Assembly (NCBI GenBank): GCA_965287045.1
Contig: OZ336880.1
Span: forward strand, 48,546,001-48,610,000
Origin: Carcharhinus amblyrhynchos
Lineage: Eukaryota
Length of the DNA: 64,000 nt
Reading direction: 5' to 3'
The translations under genes were made by a program, and so were the position numbers. Positions 1 to 13,055 of the stretch are shown here, piece by piece. Under the pieces are notes generated by a model that saw only the letters and a program-made list of their open reading frames with translations, had not been told where the DNA came from and ran no database searches. Position 1 is the stretch's first letter. The number at the start of each line of letters is the position of its first letter.

Positions 1-79
1 AGGCTTGGGTGAAGCGAGATACAGAAATCCAAAGAGAAAAGTGAATAGGGACCAGAACAATAATGAATGCACAGCGACA

Positions 80-212
80 GCCCTCTATGAACTGGGAAGC
101 TGATCATCATAGAAGCATTTGTGAAATTTAAACAAAAGTGCAAATTGACATTCAGTGGTTTCCTAAATGGCACTAGTACTAAAGAGAAGGTCAGCGATAT
201 CCTTCTGTGGGA
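80..212 (+). mobile_element. Degenerate Gypsy-type LTR retrotransposon gag N-terminal fragment
   Basis: Frameshifted translation P-MNWEA..EAFVKFKQKCKLTFSGFLNGTSTKEKVSDILLW resembles the 'MDW...F..FKQKC.L.F.G.L....EKV..LLLW' gag start of Gypsy elements; recognised by eye only. Confidence 0.45.
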
Positions 213-234
213 ATTAAGGTAAAAAACTGAAATT

Positions 235-1240
235 AAAATTTCTTTATCCGAATGCATAAAGCATCTGCAAATAAGATAGATCAACTAGTGGCACAAATAA
301 AGTGATTAGATTGCATTGTCAATACAGGGACATACTTATAGGGTGATCAAGGATGGGAAATAAATATTCCAGGGTCCACAATATTTAGGAAATAGAGAAT
401 AGGAAAATAGGAGGGGTAACTCCGATAGTAAAAGTTGACATAAGCACATTAATGAGAAAGGATCTGACCTCAGAAGATCACGAAATAGAATCAATATGGG
501 TAGAAATTCACACAAACATCATGCAAATCAGCCTTCCGTCCACTGAATCTATCTACATTTCCTGCTGCCTCGGCAAAGCAGCCAGCATAATTAAGAACCC
601 CACGCACCCCGGATATTCTCTCTCCCATGTTCTTCTGTCAGGAAAAAGATACAAAAGTCTGAGGTCACAAACCAACTGATTCAAGAACAGCTTCTTCCCT
701 GCTGCTGTCAGACTTTTGAATGGACTTACCTTGCATCAAGTTGATCTTTCTCTACACCCTAGCTATGACTGTAACACTACATTCTGCACTCTTTCGTTTC
801 TTTCTCTATGAACAGAATGCTTTGTCTGCATAGCACGCAAGAAACAATACTTTTCATTCTATGTTAATACATGTGACAATAATAAATCAAATCAAAATCA
901 AAATTCAGAGTAGCAAAAGTTGAAAACATTGGTGGAGTAATTTATAGGTCCCCAACAGTAGTCATACCTTCGGACAGAACATTAAACAGGAATTTATTGG
1001 AGCTTGTAACAAAGGTGATATAATAATTGTGAGTCTTTAATCTTCACATTGACTGAAACAATCAAATTGGCAAGAGTGGCCTAGAAGGTGAATTTATAGA
1101 ATGTTTTCATGACAGCTTCTTGGAGCAATACATTGTGGAACTGTCTATAGATAAAGCTATCTTAGACCTAGTCTTATGTAATGAAGCAAGGTTAATTGTT
1201 AATGTCATGGTAAAAGATCCTCTAGGAAACAGTGAGCAGA
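235..1240 (+). mobile_element. Degenerate CR1 LINE ORF2 endonuclease (APE) region, split by a nested insertion at 511-900
   Basis: APE remnants GDQGWEINIPG, ESIWVEI, VIYR, FLEQYIVE, AILDLVLCNE, DPLGNS; the two halves are collinear across the insertion. Confidence 0.8.
511..900 (+). mobile_element. 5'-truncated Rex1/Babar-like LINE 3' end
   Basis: LPSTESIYISCCLGKAASIIKNPTHPGYSL..LLSGKRYKSLRSQTN*FKNSFFPAAVRLLN is a typical Rex/Babar ORF C-terminus; AATAAA plus (ATCAA)n tail; AAATTCA at both 504-510 and 901-907 (target-site duplication). Confidence 0.75.
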
Positions 1241-2779
1241 ACCAGGGCCCAGAAGAGAGTAGATGCATATAGTGTTAAATACTCAGGCCCAGAGCTTAGG
1301 GAGGTTCTGGCCCAAGTCCTCCTTTCTATACATAAATTCAATGCCATGCATCATCATTCCAAAGTAAACTCTTATTTCCTACCACTTCCTGCTTGCTTTC
1401 TCTGCCAGTGACAAGCAGGTGTGAGGAACAAAGCGCTGCAAAGAGGGTAGGGGAGCTGTGCTTGATTGACCCGATGTTTCAGCTTTCCATTGGAGCACTA
1501 GTCAAACACAAGATTGGTTGGGCCCAGGGAGAAGGTGCAGACATGTGCAAGATGGGCGGAGGCTTCAGAATGCTGAATACAACTGCGAAGACAAATTTTA
1601 ACCATGAGACTACAAATCTGATTCGTTATTTTGGACTTTAAATTAACTACTTTGTGTCAGCCAAGAATTGAAACAGATTCTAGAGTTTAAAAAGGGGTCA
1701 AATTTGATTCACTATTTGGCTTTTCAAATTCCTCACTTATTTCAGCCAATAAAACATAAGTTGCTGTTACATCCCTATGGACCCAACACGTTCCAAACAG
1801 TTCAAATTGTAGTTTGAAGTGAAGGAAGATCATTTTAATACCAAGTTGGATGACACTGTATGGTGCATTTTAAGTGGTCCTGAACACCCAACGTTTGTAG
1901 ATAACTTCTGTATATGACTTTATGGAATTTAGTTCACAACCTGCAACGTTGAAAACACTCACTGAAAAAGTTCCCAAACAGAAAAAGAAATAGCTCCTTT
2001 CTTTTAAAGGACACAAATAATTCATCCTGAGGTGATAGCTGTTGATCTTTAATGCATGAGGATGGTTTGTGTTATGGGAGCATTTTACAGAACCCAAGCA
2101 GTGGCATCCAAGCCGTTGTTTAATGAACAAAAGTGCTTTGTATTCCCCTTTGAAGCTGTGTTACAGTTAGTCAGAAAATTCATAACATAATTTATCCAAT
2201 GTAGTATCAATTAGGCACTTTGCGATGGAAAGCTCAGCTCAGTTGAATACAGCACTGAGATTCAGCTTGAGAAAAGGGAGTGAGATGGAATAGTGCTTTT
2301 AACATACCTAACTGGAGGATACTGCAGCTCACTTTAGACTGGATCCTCAATGAGGAAGCTGGCATTACAGAGCAGGTGGAGATGTAGTGAGATTTGGTAA
2401 AGAGAGTGGAGTTGACCGCATCAAAAGTTATAGGAGGATCAAGGCCAGATATGCACCTCAGTCACAGACACATGCCATTGCAACTTGGCTAAATGCTGTG
2501 TCAGTGCCGCGAACTATGTTCAACAATGGACCTGCAAGAAGAATTGGCGCTAGTGACAACAACATATTCAGAGGAAAGGGACATTGGAGAAGCCTAGTTA
2601 TATGCAAGGACTGAGAAATTGGGAGTTGTTCTGAGTTTTGAATGCAGAAAAACCTGAGGATAGTGAACTTTCTAAATCATTTCAGCTTGCATGAGGACCA
2701 GGAAAGGAAATGGGGTGGACAGCAGTATAGAGGAAGTGAGGTAAACAGAGCGCACAAGTCAGGAAGTTATTCAAAATCA

Positions 2780-3270
2780 CTTGGAATATTGTATTCAATT
2801 CTGGACAATACACTTCAGGAAGAATGTGAAGATTTTGAGAGGCTATAGTTGAGATTTACTAGGATGGTTCGTTCCAAGAATGAGGAATTACAGCTACAAA
2901 ATCTGGACTTGTTTTCCTTGGAGCAGAAAATGTTAAGAGGAGATTTGATGGATGTATTTAAAATCATGAAGGGTTTAGGTCAAGAAAATGAAGAGAAACT
3001 GTTTCCAATAGCTGAGGTGTCAAGAGCCAGAGGACACACATTTAAGGTGATTGCAAAAAGCATGTTTTTCCTCATGTTGCCTATGAATGGTTGGTTGACA
3101 AGGTGGTGGAAACAGGCACAATAAAAGTTTTCAAAAGGAATTGGTTATGTATTTAGAAGGAGAAAAATTACAGGAATGTGGGGAGTAGGACCAACTGGAT
3201 TGCTCTTTGGTAGAACCTGCCCAGACTCAATGAGTCAAATGATTTCCTTTTATGCCATACTGTTCTAGCT
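2780..3270 (+). mobile_element. Degenerate CR1 LINE 3' fragment
   Basis: LEYCIQFW, RFTRM, LFSLEQKMLRGDLMDVFKIMKG, RARGH motifs of the CR1 ORF2 C-terminus. Confidence 0.8.
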
Positions 3271-4019
3271 ATTTTTTAGATTCTGTGGTGCATGGCACTC
3301 TTTGTGTGGAAGGATGGTTCTTGATTCTAAATTACGAAGGTTAGATCTTAAAAATGACAATGCCTTTCATTTTCTTCTGAGACATAGGATATGATGTGAA
3401 TAATTCAGCTGTTCAAATAAATTCTGGAATGACTTTGAGCTGAGAATGAAAATGAATATGATGCAATGTGATTTGATGAATTGATCAATTATTGCCATTA
3501 TTTATATACTACATATGTATAATTTAACGTAGCATTTTAAATTGTAATAAAATATGCATTTGGAAATTGAAATTTCAGAATCTTGCAAGAAGGATTGGTG
3601 CTGGTGACAACAACATGTTCAGAGGAAAGGGACATTGAAGATAGTCTCATTATATGCAATGACTGAGGAGCTGGAAGTTGTTCTCTTTGAGAGAGGAGCT
3701 TTGAATGTAGAAAAGACAATACCTAAGGATAGTGAACTTTCTAAATCACTTCAGCTTGCATGAGGGCCAGGAAAGGAAATGGGGTGGACAGCAGTATGGA
3801 AGAAGTGAGGTAAACAGAGTGCACAAGTCAGGAAGTTATTCAATACCACCTGGAATATTGTATTCAATTCTGGGCACCACCACACCAAATAGTCAAATGT
3901 ATTTGAATTCAGCAGTTTAATATTGTTATATAATCTGGTCTGTGGGCCTAGAAACAAGGGAAACTCCATTGGGTATATCGACAAAAAGGTGCACAGGTAA
4001 ATGAACAGTGGGAAACATT

Positions 4020-5045
4020 TAAAGAAACATTTCAACATCTTCCAGAAAAATACATTCCATTGGAAAACAAAAGCTCAATGAGAAAGGTCCACCTGTAACT
4101 CATTCAAGAAGTTAAATATAGTGTTGGATTAAAGGAAGAAGCATACAATGTTGCAAAAAACAGTGACTCGTCTGAGAATTGGGATTGTTTTAGAAACCAG
4201 CAGAAGGCCATCAAAAAGTTGATTTTAAAAGGGGAAAAATATAATAGGAGAGTAAAGTAGCCAGGAGTATAAAAACAGATTGGAAGAGCTTTGATGAGCC
4301 TACATAAAAGAGAACAGCTAAAGTTCCTTAAATGCAGAAACAGGAGAAATTATCATGGGATGTGCTTGTACAAAGAGATTTGGGTGCGCTTGTACAAGGA
4401 ACACAGAAAGTTAGCATGCGTGCAGAAAGCAATTAGGAAAGCAAATGGCGCATTGCCTTTATTACAAGGGATTGAGTATAACAATAGAGAAGTCTTGCTA
4501 AAGTTGTGCAGGGTTTCGGTGAGATCACATCTGTGTGTAGCTTTGGTCTCTACATTTAAGAAAGGATATATTTGCCTCAGAGGCAGTACGGTGCAGGTTC
4601 ACTGGATTGGGCCCTGGGATGAGGAGATTGTCTGGTATGGTGAGAGGCAAGTAACGTGGGCTCATATTCTCTGGAGTTTTGAAGAATGAGAGGCAATCTC
4701 ACTGAAACCTACTAAACTCTGAGGGAGCTTGATAGTGTAAACACAGAGATTGTTTCTGCCAGTTGTGAAGTCTAAAACACAGGCACAGTCTCAGAATATG
4801 GGGCCAATTATTTAGGACTGAGATGAGGAGAAATAGCGTCACTCAAAGGGTTGTGAATCCTTGGAACCCTCTGCCTAGAGGGTTCTGGATTTTCCATCGT
4901 TGAATACATTTAAGATTGGGAGAGACAGGGAAATGGGGAATGGGTGGGAAAAGGGATTTGAAGCCCATGATCAGCCATGATTGTATTGAATGGTAGAGCA
5001 GGCTCAATGGACCATGTGGTCCACTACTACACCTAGTTCTTGTGT
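4020..5045 (+). mobile_element. Degenerate, internally deleted CR1 LINE ORF2 and 3' UTR
   Basis: AIRKANG, GIEYNNREVLLKL motifs; 3' UTR 'gatcagccatgatt..attgaatgg..gagcaggctc' shared with the other CR1 copies here. Confidence 0.8.
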
Positions 5046-7204
5046 AGTGTTAAGAATTGGGGAAGATTAAGATGAAAAAAGTCAAAGTGGGGAGTTGATT
5101 AGAGGCAGATGGCTAGAGAAATTATGAGATGCGAATTAGCCGATCAATGGGAAATAAGAATTTTACCTGTGTGAGTAGTGAGAACAATGGGGCTATAAAA
5201 GTAGTAACTTCAAAGTGAAAAGAAAGCTGACTTCATGAAGAGATGAAATCAGTGGAAAAGAAATGGTACAACTATAGAGCCCTGACTACAAAAAAAAGGA
5301 AGATAAGGGAGAGAGATGGTTAAATATCAGAGCTGCAGCTATAGTCTCCTGAGAGAAGCTGCCAGTTTCCTCCTCGGCTGAACCAAAGGACCATTCCCCA
5401 GACATGGCCACCTTTACCTGGTGGTGATAATTATTTGCTGGATTTAGCTCAGAGTTACTCAATATTGGATGTTGTTTGGGAAAGGGAGTGTTTAAGAGTT
5501 CAGCTGAATGTAGATAGTTTTGGAGTCAAAGGGATAGTTCTATGTAAAATTATGTGCATATAGCCATCAGTATCTTTAAGTGTATTAATGTTTGCTGGTA
5601 ATGCCAAGCTAAGTGGGGAGATGAACTGTGGGGAGGATTATAGTCTTTCTTGTTGTGTGTGTTTTTGTTTTTGTTTTAAGTTAATAAATATTCTTTATTC
5701 ATTGTAGTGAAAGGGTAGGGTCTGTGTCAAAATCATTTTTTTCCCATATCATTAATGAGTATGTATGTGCGAGGCTGGAAACTTGGTGCTCTTGTGTCAG
5801 TTTTGTTATGGAAGGTAACGTGCCATTATTTCATCTCTGGAGCTTAGGCTCAAAGGGTGTAGTTTTTTTCTTTTTGCTAGCTAGAATGGTTTTTTATTAG
5901 AAGAGTTCCTGTGGTCTAGATCTTGTTAATTGTGGACGTGATGATTGTTTCCCAGTCAACTCTATTGCCAAGCAAATCCACCCAAGAACTTTGCCATTCT
6001 TTATGTCTGTGGTTGGTTTTCACTACTTGGATGTGAATATCAAATATGCTCTTGCATTTCTTCAAGAAACAAACTTTACAAACCTGGACACCAAAATTAG
6101 AGCAGATCTACAGCACTGGGATAATTAGCTTACAGAATGCAATTTATAAAAATAAATATTTTGCACAGTTTCATATTTCTTTTTGAAGGTCTTCCTATCT
6201 TTTTACCAAAATCATTTTTATTATGGTTAACAAGCTGAAATCAACAGCAGGACTCCTAAGTCCTGTAGAGCAATACTTGAAAGGAAGCTGGGATGGTGAG
6301 CTAGCACTACATGACGTACTGTACTATTACGGAGCAGCCAGTATTCAAAAGGTTTTAAAATGGTGTCGTGGCCTCAGTATAAACTGGTGTCTTATGGACG
6401 CACATTCCTGCTGCTCATCCCTTCTTTCTGCCTTAATTTGTGCCCCACTATCCTTATCCCTTCTAAACCAACATCAGCCCCCTGTGTTATGATTTCCACT
6501 TTAAAAATATGGAAACAGTTTTGTTAACATATTAAACTTACCACTCCTTCTCTATTGAGCCCTATATGTAACAATCACTTATTGTTGCCTTCCAAGCTTG
6601 TCTCGGCATTTGTCTTGTGGAGAGAGAGGGGACTCGAACGTTTTAATGATTTGACTGTAGATGTGACCTTTGCCAGTTTCAGCAAGCTTGCAAGAAGACT
6701 TAACGTGCTTCAATCTTAGTCTTTACTGTTATTTTTAAACCCGGAGTTTTGATTCCTTTCATTGCTTATCCTTTCCTTAATTACCTCCAAATACATTATG
6801 GAAAGGATTTTGTCACTGCCCCAAACTTGTGGATGTTTTATTTCAAGATTGTATGGTCTCATGCTATCCTCTGGACCTTCTCATCTCTGTAAAGATAAAA
6901 AACGATTGGATCAATCCACATCCTCCTGTGCTCGGTTAAGCTTAATTCAGTTTAATAGCTTGCACAGAATTCACTTCACCAAGGCTAGAATCAGTAAGTT
7001 TTTTTTCAAGCACAAACAACAAATGTGACAAGTGTTTACTTGCCCCTGCAGACCATACCCACATATTCTGGTTATGCTTGAAGCTAGCTGATTTTTGGTC
7101 GTCCTTCTTTAACACTCTGTCCAAGGCCCTTGATATTGACTTGCAGCCTTGTCCTTCAATAGCCATATTTGAAGTCCATCCAAACTGGCTCGTCTCACTA
7201 AGAT

Positions 7205-7560
7205 TGAGGCAGACGTCATTGCATTTGTTTCGTTAATAGCTTGCAGGTGGATTCTGTTAACTTGGAGGTTCCCCAGGCTACCCAATGTTTCATCCTGGTT
7301 GGAAGATTTGATGTATTTTCTTCATTTGGAGAAAATTTAAATATACCATAAGAGGGTCTACTGAGAATTTTTTATCGCAGAGGGCAGCCATTCGTTTCTT
7401 TCCTTAGGCAGTTAATTACTGTTGATTTTTAATTTAAATTATTTTTTGCAGAGATCTTGTTTGTGTCTGTTTGTTAACTGCGGGGGGTGGAAATGGAAGT
7501 GCTTCATTGTATTGTACTTTGATTATCTGTTCCTTATCTCTTGAAAAACTATTCTAATTG
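7205..7560 (+). mobile_element. L1-clade LINE ORF2 C-terminal fragment
   Basis: IAFVSLIACRWILLTWR..P.VSSWLEDLMYFLHLEKI..TIRGS...QPF matches the C-terminus of fish L1/Swimmer-like ORF2; T-rich 3' UTR follows. Confidence 0.65.
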
Positions 7561-8807
7561 CAGACATGAGGCGTCCACAGTAGTTTGGGTCTAAATTGGA
7601 AAGCTCACCAAGATATTGCAAAGGTGGTTTATATGAAAAATTCACAGTTATGCAAATAAATCCTAGAAGCTGTATTATTTCGAATGGGGAAAAGCATCTT
7701 CCTCTGTGATCCCACCCTAATCAGGTTCAGCGAGGGCTTCTCTGGCAAATTCTGATGTATCAAAAAACTAAATTACAATAACCCTGACGTAATTGCTGTG
7801 CATGTAGGGCCCTATTTTCAAACCCAACAAAGAGTTCTCAAATCCAAATCTTAAACTTATTCCACATTGTATCTTAATTGAAGGAATGCTTGAGATGATG
7901 GGCTGTTTTGTGTACATTGAAGCCTCTGGAAGAAGGTGACTTTTGTCAGCTTCCCACTTCTACCACTACTACATGGGCAGTTTGCCATGCATGTTTTCTA
8001 TGTGGATGCATGAGAGGGAGTGAATGGGAATGTCTCAATGTGCTGGCAACCTGCAGAGGGAGCACCATCACTTGCTTATTTCAGCTACTGAACATAGCCT
8101 CACCACAGCTACTGATCAAAAAAGATAGCAATCCTCATGGCATCAGTAAGATCAATTAAGCCTTCTAAGGTCTCTGTGACAGATCCCCAATTTTGTAGTG
8201 GCCAGAAGAGAGAACCTCAAGTATCTGTGACAATAGTTAAGTAAGTGTAGAGAAGCACCTTTATTCTTCGGGCCTCTGACAATGGAGACTTTGTGGCAGA
8301 TATTCATAGAGCTGCCACATACTGTAAGGTGAGCCATCACACAAGCCTGTATTTATGTGACTAGTAGACTCTCGTTGAGCCGCCATCTGTCACACAGTGT
8401 TTGACTTAGTCCCTAGTGGTTGTACCAATACAGATGTGCTTTTTAAAGGTGAGTACAGTGAAGGCTTATCAAGCAAGGCAGGACACAGACTGGGTAGCAG
8501 CTTAGTTCCCCTTCTGTCCCACAATGAACTGCTTTGGTGCATTCATGTTTTGTGACTCTGAGTCCACTTCCCCCAACACATTTTCAAAATTCCATCAGGA
8601 TGGACGTAAGTGATCTGGTGGACGAGAGGGAGTGAGTTATTGACAATACACAACTCTGTACTTGATAAGTGCTGGAAAGACCACCTGTCATGGGGTCTAC
8701 TTCGTCCTCTTGTGGTATGCCTAAAGAAAGAGAAGAGGAAGACCATTTGCTAAAGTGTACTTGTGTATAGAATTCACATATAGCTTTCAGTAGCATTGAC
8801 ATGCTTA

Positions 8808-9545
8808 TGTTGGGGTACGGGTCAGAAATCTCAAGGTTTATTGTGAAGTCAGTCTAGACTCCAATGATTTGCTATTTTAGCATTAATGTAAGGATATGAT
8901 GTTTCACTCCAAGTGCGATTCTACTGACACATTGGGAATCTTTCATCAAAACAAATTTTATTTAACAACATAGTTAACTATAACAAATGAATTAGCTTGA
9001 CTTTTAATAATCGAACAATATTTAGACAAGACACAAGATACAATTTTTAACTGCTAACCTGAGATCTAATTTGAGCAATATTCCTCTTACAGACTTAAAT
9101 CCCCTCTTTAAAATCAGTTAGCAAAACACAGGCTTACTTGCTTGTACTTAGGTTGCCAGTCTGGGAGCACTTAGACACCTTCTGGAGAGAGATACACACC
9201 TTGCTTCTTTCAAAACCAGGCAGTAATTGCCTATTTTGAAATAAAAGAGAAACTGTGTTTTTCCCCTGCAAGTTTAGCTCCTCCCATCAAGTGCATGACT
9301 CGATCCCTGTCAATAAACCTATTCAAGACTCTAGTCTGAAATCCCAGAGAAAACTTAAGTTATCACAAATGTATTATCTCAACTTAAAATAAACACCACA
9401 AAGTACTCATCCTGTTTCCCAGCTACCAATTTAAAATACTTATTAGAAAAATTGGCATTTTGCATACCAGATCCAAGTTTTAAACACATCCCTTACAAAA
9501 AAAATGTGATATACATCTATTTCTTAAAGGCATAGTATCATCACA
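8808..9545 (-). mobile_element. Probable solo LTR
   Basis: TG...CA termini; minus strand starts TGTGATGATACTATGCCTTTAAG; minus-strand AATAAA near 8957; flanks CTTA/GTTA are a 3-of-4 match for a target-site duplication. Confidence 0.5.
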
Positions 9546-9571
9546 GTTAATACTTTTAAAATCTACATAGG

Positions 9572-10511
9572 TATTTAGTGAGGGGAGAAAAAGGTGAGGA
9601 AGATGAAATACAACCATTGGTCATGAATCTGACCAGTCTCTTTCTCAAGCACTCTATTTAGCCTGCCTTCACAGAATTTTGAGGGTTTTTCCTGGTACCA
9701 AGTTAGTTGTCTGAAATTAGGAAAATTGCTATTGGGTTGTCTTCTCCTGCAATTAAAGAAAAATAAGTGAAAAATTCTAAATGTTGAGAATGAAATAGCA
9801 AAGTGGCAGTATGAAACCCATAATGAGTTAGATGACATGCATATGGCTTAGGGTCAGAGCAGAAGTAGCTGACAGCTTACAGGGCATTCATGCAGAGGTT
9901 TGAAATATTTTTAAGACAGTGTGAGGAGGGCTAATTTGCCATATTGGTTAATTACATGGCAAAAGACGAAGATCATGCTTTAATTTCTTGGTGGAACTGA
10001 TAAGGTCTTTGAACTTTTTCTTGCACTTGTTCCAGGTTCATAGTATTGTCAAGGAGCCAATAGTACTTGCCTGAAACTTGTCCACAATATTAGAGTTAGC
10101 TTGACCAGTTTAGACTCATGCAATTCAGCTCTGCCCCTCTTCTAACTAGAATTATCCAAAATGGCGCTGGGGACCAGAACCCGGAAGTCCCACACCCAGA
10201 ACATGAGAACATAGGCAAGATGTGATTCACACACATGGAGGAAACCCAAACTCAGCAGAGCCATTTGAACTTGTTGTTGAGTTCAAATAGACTCCTATTT
10301 TTGCTAGAGCAAGGGCCATATTCTGCAGTGTGTGAGCTGCGAATTTTTGGTGCAGATGTGGATGCTCATAAAGGGCAGAATAACTTGGTATCAGGAAAAT
10401 ACCCTCAAAATTCTGGGAAGGTAGGCTAAATCGAGTGCTTGAGAAAGAGACTGGTGAGATTCATGACCAATGTATTTCATCTTCCTCATCTTTTTCTCCC
10501 CTCACTAAATA
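9572..10511. repeat. ~130-bp inverted repeat pair (9572-9705 and 10381-10511) around a ~675-bp spacer
   Basis: TATTTAGTGAGGGGAGAAAAAG...GGTACCAAGTTA is the near reverse complement of TAACTTGGTATCAGG...CTCCCCTCACTAAATA. Confidence 0.9.
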
Positions 10512-10814
10512 TCAAATATGGCACTGTCAAGCTGTCCAATTATTTAAATTGTCTGCCCTTTAAGATCCTGAAAGTGGGACGGGCTGGAAAATACTCCTGA
10601 GAACATTTTCTTTTCATTTAATCTCAGCGTGGTGTCTGAGGTGTACCCATGGTGGATACTGGATAAATTGACATGGAGGGTGTAAGGTAAGAGGGTGGTT
10701 GGTGGGGTGGGATAGATTGGCATGACTTAGCTCCTGAGTATGTGATCAGTGTGAGGATCATGGGTTGGCATTAAGTTGGAATAGGAGCTATAACATTCAT
10801 TTCCTGCGCCACTG

Positions 10815-11175
10815 AGCACAGTGGTAGCAGTGTATATTACCTACAAGATGCACAGCAGCAAGTCACCAAAACTCTTTCAATGGCACCTTCCAAACCCCTG
10901 ACCTCTGCCACTTAAAAGGACAAGGACAGTAGATGAATGGAAACACCCCATCTGCAAGTTCACCTCAAAGTCTCGCGTCCTCCAGACTTCGAACTTTATG
11001 ACTGTTCCTTCACTGTTGCTGGGTAAACATCCTGGAACTCCCTTTCGAACAGCACTGTCGATGATTCTACAACACATAGCTTGCAGGGGTTCAAGAAGGC
11101 AGCACACCAGCATCCTCAAGGGCAATTAGGGGTAAGCAATTTTGACAGCCATGTCCCATGAACAAATAAAACAAA
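10815..11175 (+). mobile_element. LINE 3' end (CR1/L2-group family distinct from the main CR1)
   Basis: 'tacaagatgcac..cagcaa..caccttccaaaccc', 'tcctggaactccct', 'ttcaagaaggcagc..ctcaagggcaattaggg', tail 'cccatgaac.aataaaa'; the same family occurs at 13900-15075. Confidence 0.7.
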
Positions 11176-11849
11176 AAGGGCCATGGGATAAGTCGAGGGG
11201 CATGTAAGGTATGAGAGGCCATTAGTGGGCATGGGTTGGCATGAGTTGGCATTGATGGCGCATGGAGTATGGGTAGGGTGTGAGGGCTAGAGGGCCTTAA
11301 ATCTAACAACAAAACAGTCCCAGAAAATCAAGGCCTTGCGATCTTTCAGCCCGTTTCGTCACTAGGCAGCCCGTGAGGCCAACTCTGATCAGCATCCAGG
11401 GTTGGTGGGCCTGAGTCAAATGTACCCAACCCCAACCCTACCCCTTTCGTGCCCAGTGAAGATCCTCCTGCCTGGGCCGATGAGGTAAGCTAGAGCATTT
11501 CCTGACTCTCCGCACTGCTTCTGGAGCAAAAATCCAAGCTATGTTAAAATTCTAAATACATATAATTTTGAACACTATGGTTAATCAATTTGAAGTTATG
11601 TGTCAGGCAAGATGCCATGTCTGATTTTGATTTTAATATATCATATCTTTGCTCCTAAATTTTGTTTTTTTCAATTTTTTACTCAGAGGCTTTTAAAAAA
11701 AAATGTTTTATGGTTATAGTCCACTGGAGTTTGAAGCAGAAATTGTTTTGTATCATTGATATAATTAATATACAATGACTTTTAGCATCTTCTTTAAAGT
11801 AGTAGGAAGATTCATTACATTTGTTCTTTCTTTGTTATTCTATTTGTAG

Positions 11850-11921
11850 TTCTCATTTATGAGCCTACAAATCCAGAGGCCCAACAGTTCAAGATGCTTC
11901 TGGATGTGAAAGTACAGTTCG
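11850..11921 (+). CDS. ERICH2: ERICH2-like (glutamate-rich 2) penultimate coding exon, 72 nt, phase 1-1
   Basis: Pyrimidine tract + tttgtag acceptor, G|gtaagc donor; encodes LIYEPTNPEAQQFKMLLDVKVQF, matching the ILIYEPENPEAKEF motif of ERICH2; lies upstream of GAD1 on the same strand as in human. Confidence 0.85.
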
Positions 11922-12831
11922 GTAAGCAGGCAAAGACTGTTTGACATTTTTTACCTTGTTGGTTTGATTTGAATCTCTTATAAGAAGTACTGCAGTGTGT
12001 GAAAATAATATAAAAACATACATTTTGTTTCTTTTGATACTGATTTTTCATATGTAATTCTAATACTTTTTGCTTTGTATTAAGTGGCTTGAAAAGGAAG
12101 TAATTTACATTTTTATGAGAAAATGTTACTAGATTAAGTTTTTGCATATTTTAATTATTTTTCAGAAATTGAGGCATTACATTTTACAGTACAGAATTCA
12201 TAATTGGCTCTGAATTTAAAAACACATCTTTTTCAACTATAAACTATCATTCCATTCTTGGCTTTCTGCTTATTTGAATATATTCTTCAAAAGATAATAA
12301 TCAAATTTAAAAATTGCATTCCATATTGCTAAATTGGATGTTTTAGAAAGGATAAATGTTGACAAAAAGCTGCATATTATTTCCAGAAGAGCAGAATTAA
12401 ATTCCTACAATAGCTCAGCATAAGATTACTAGAGTAATATTTAGAAAATATTCTGCTCTTAAAAATGGGATAGGGTCCGAATCACTTGTTGGATGAGATA
12501 ACCTCCTGCAATACAGACGCCAGAGACTGTCTTCCCTCCTGCATTCCACCTGATAGCTTGCAAAAAATCCACATTGTCCTTTCTGCTTGACCACATCTTT
12601 GAGAGTCCTAACTTCCTGGCTCCACAGCACCACATCTGGCGCTGGGGAAATCCTTCCTGGAAGTTCACAGGGAAGGGTTTATGTGGTAATTGTCTGGAAG
12701 CTCCAGGTTCCCCAGGACAATTGCTCCAGAACCATCTGACAAAGAATTTAAATTGCTAACTTTAGACGGTTCTGCCAGTGTTAGGGTAATAGTTATTCTA
12801 ACAAAACCACTCCTAGCTCCAGCATGAAACA

Positions 12832-13055
12832 CTGAAAATGCTGGAAAATCTCAGCAGGTCTGACCGCATCTGTAGGGAGAAAATAGAGCCAACATTTCGA
12901 GTCTAGATGATCCTTTGTCAAAGCCTGACGTAGGGTTATCTAGACTCCGAAACATTGGCTCTATTCTCTCCCTGCAGATGCTGTCAGACCCGCTTAGATT
13001 TTCCAGCATTTTCTGTTTTTGTTTCAGATTCAAACATCCACTGTATTTTGCTTTT
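12832..13055. mobile_element. Penelope-derived palindromic element (family A) with degenerate hammerhead motifs
   Basis: Arms AAATGCTGGAAAATCTCAGCAGGTCTG... and ...TTTTCCAGCATTTT are reverse complements centred near 12922; homologous to 16403-16540 and 53568-53792. Confidence 0.75.

Noticed and set aside
5044-5830. Possible solo LTR (TG start, AATAAA near 5683)
   Set aside because: No defined CA end or target-site duplication found.
1-11849. Earlier ERICH2 exons
   Set aside because: No convincing exon found by eye; they are upstream of the window or too diverged.
12835-13020. Long hairpins (also 34.8, 46.5 and 53.6 kb) as pre-miRNA genes
   Set aside because: They are multi-copy repeat-derived palindromes with no recognisable miRNA; small-RNA data would be needed.
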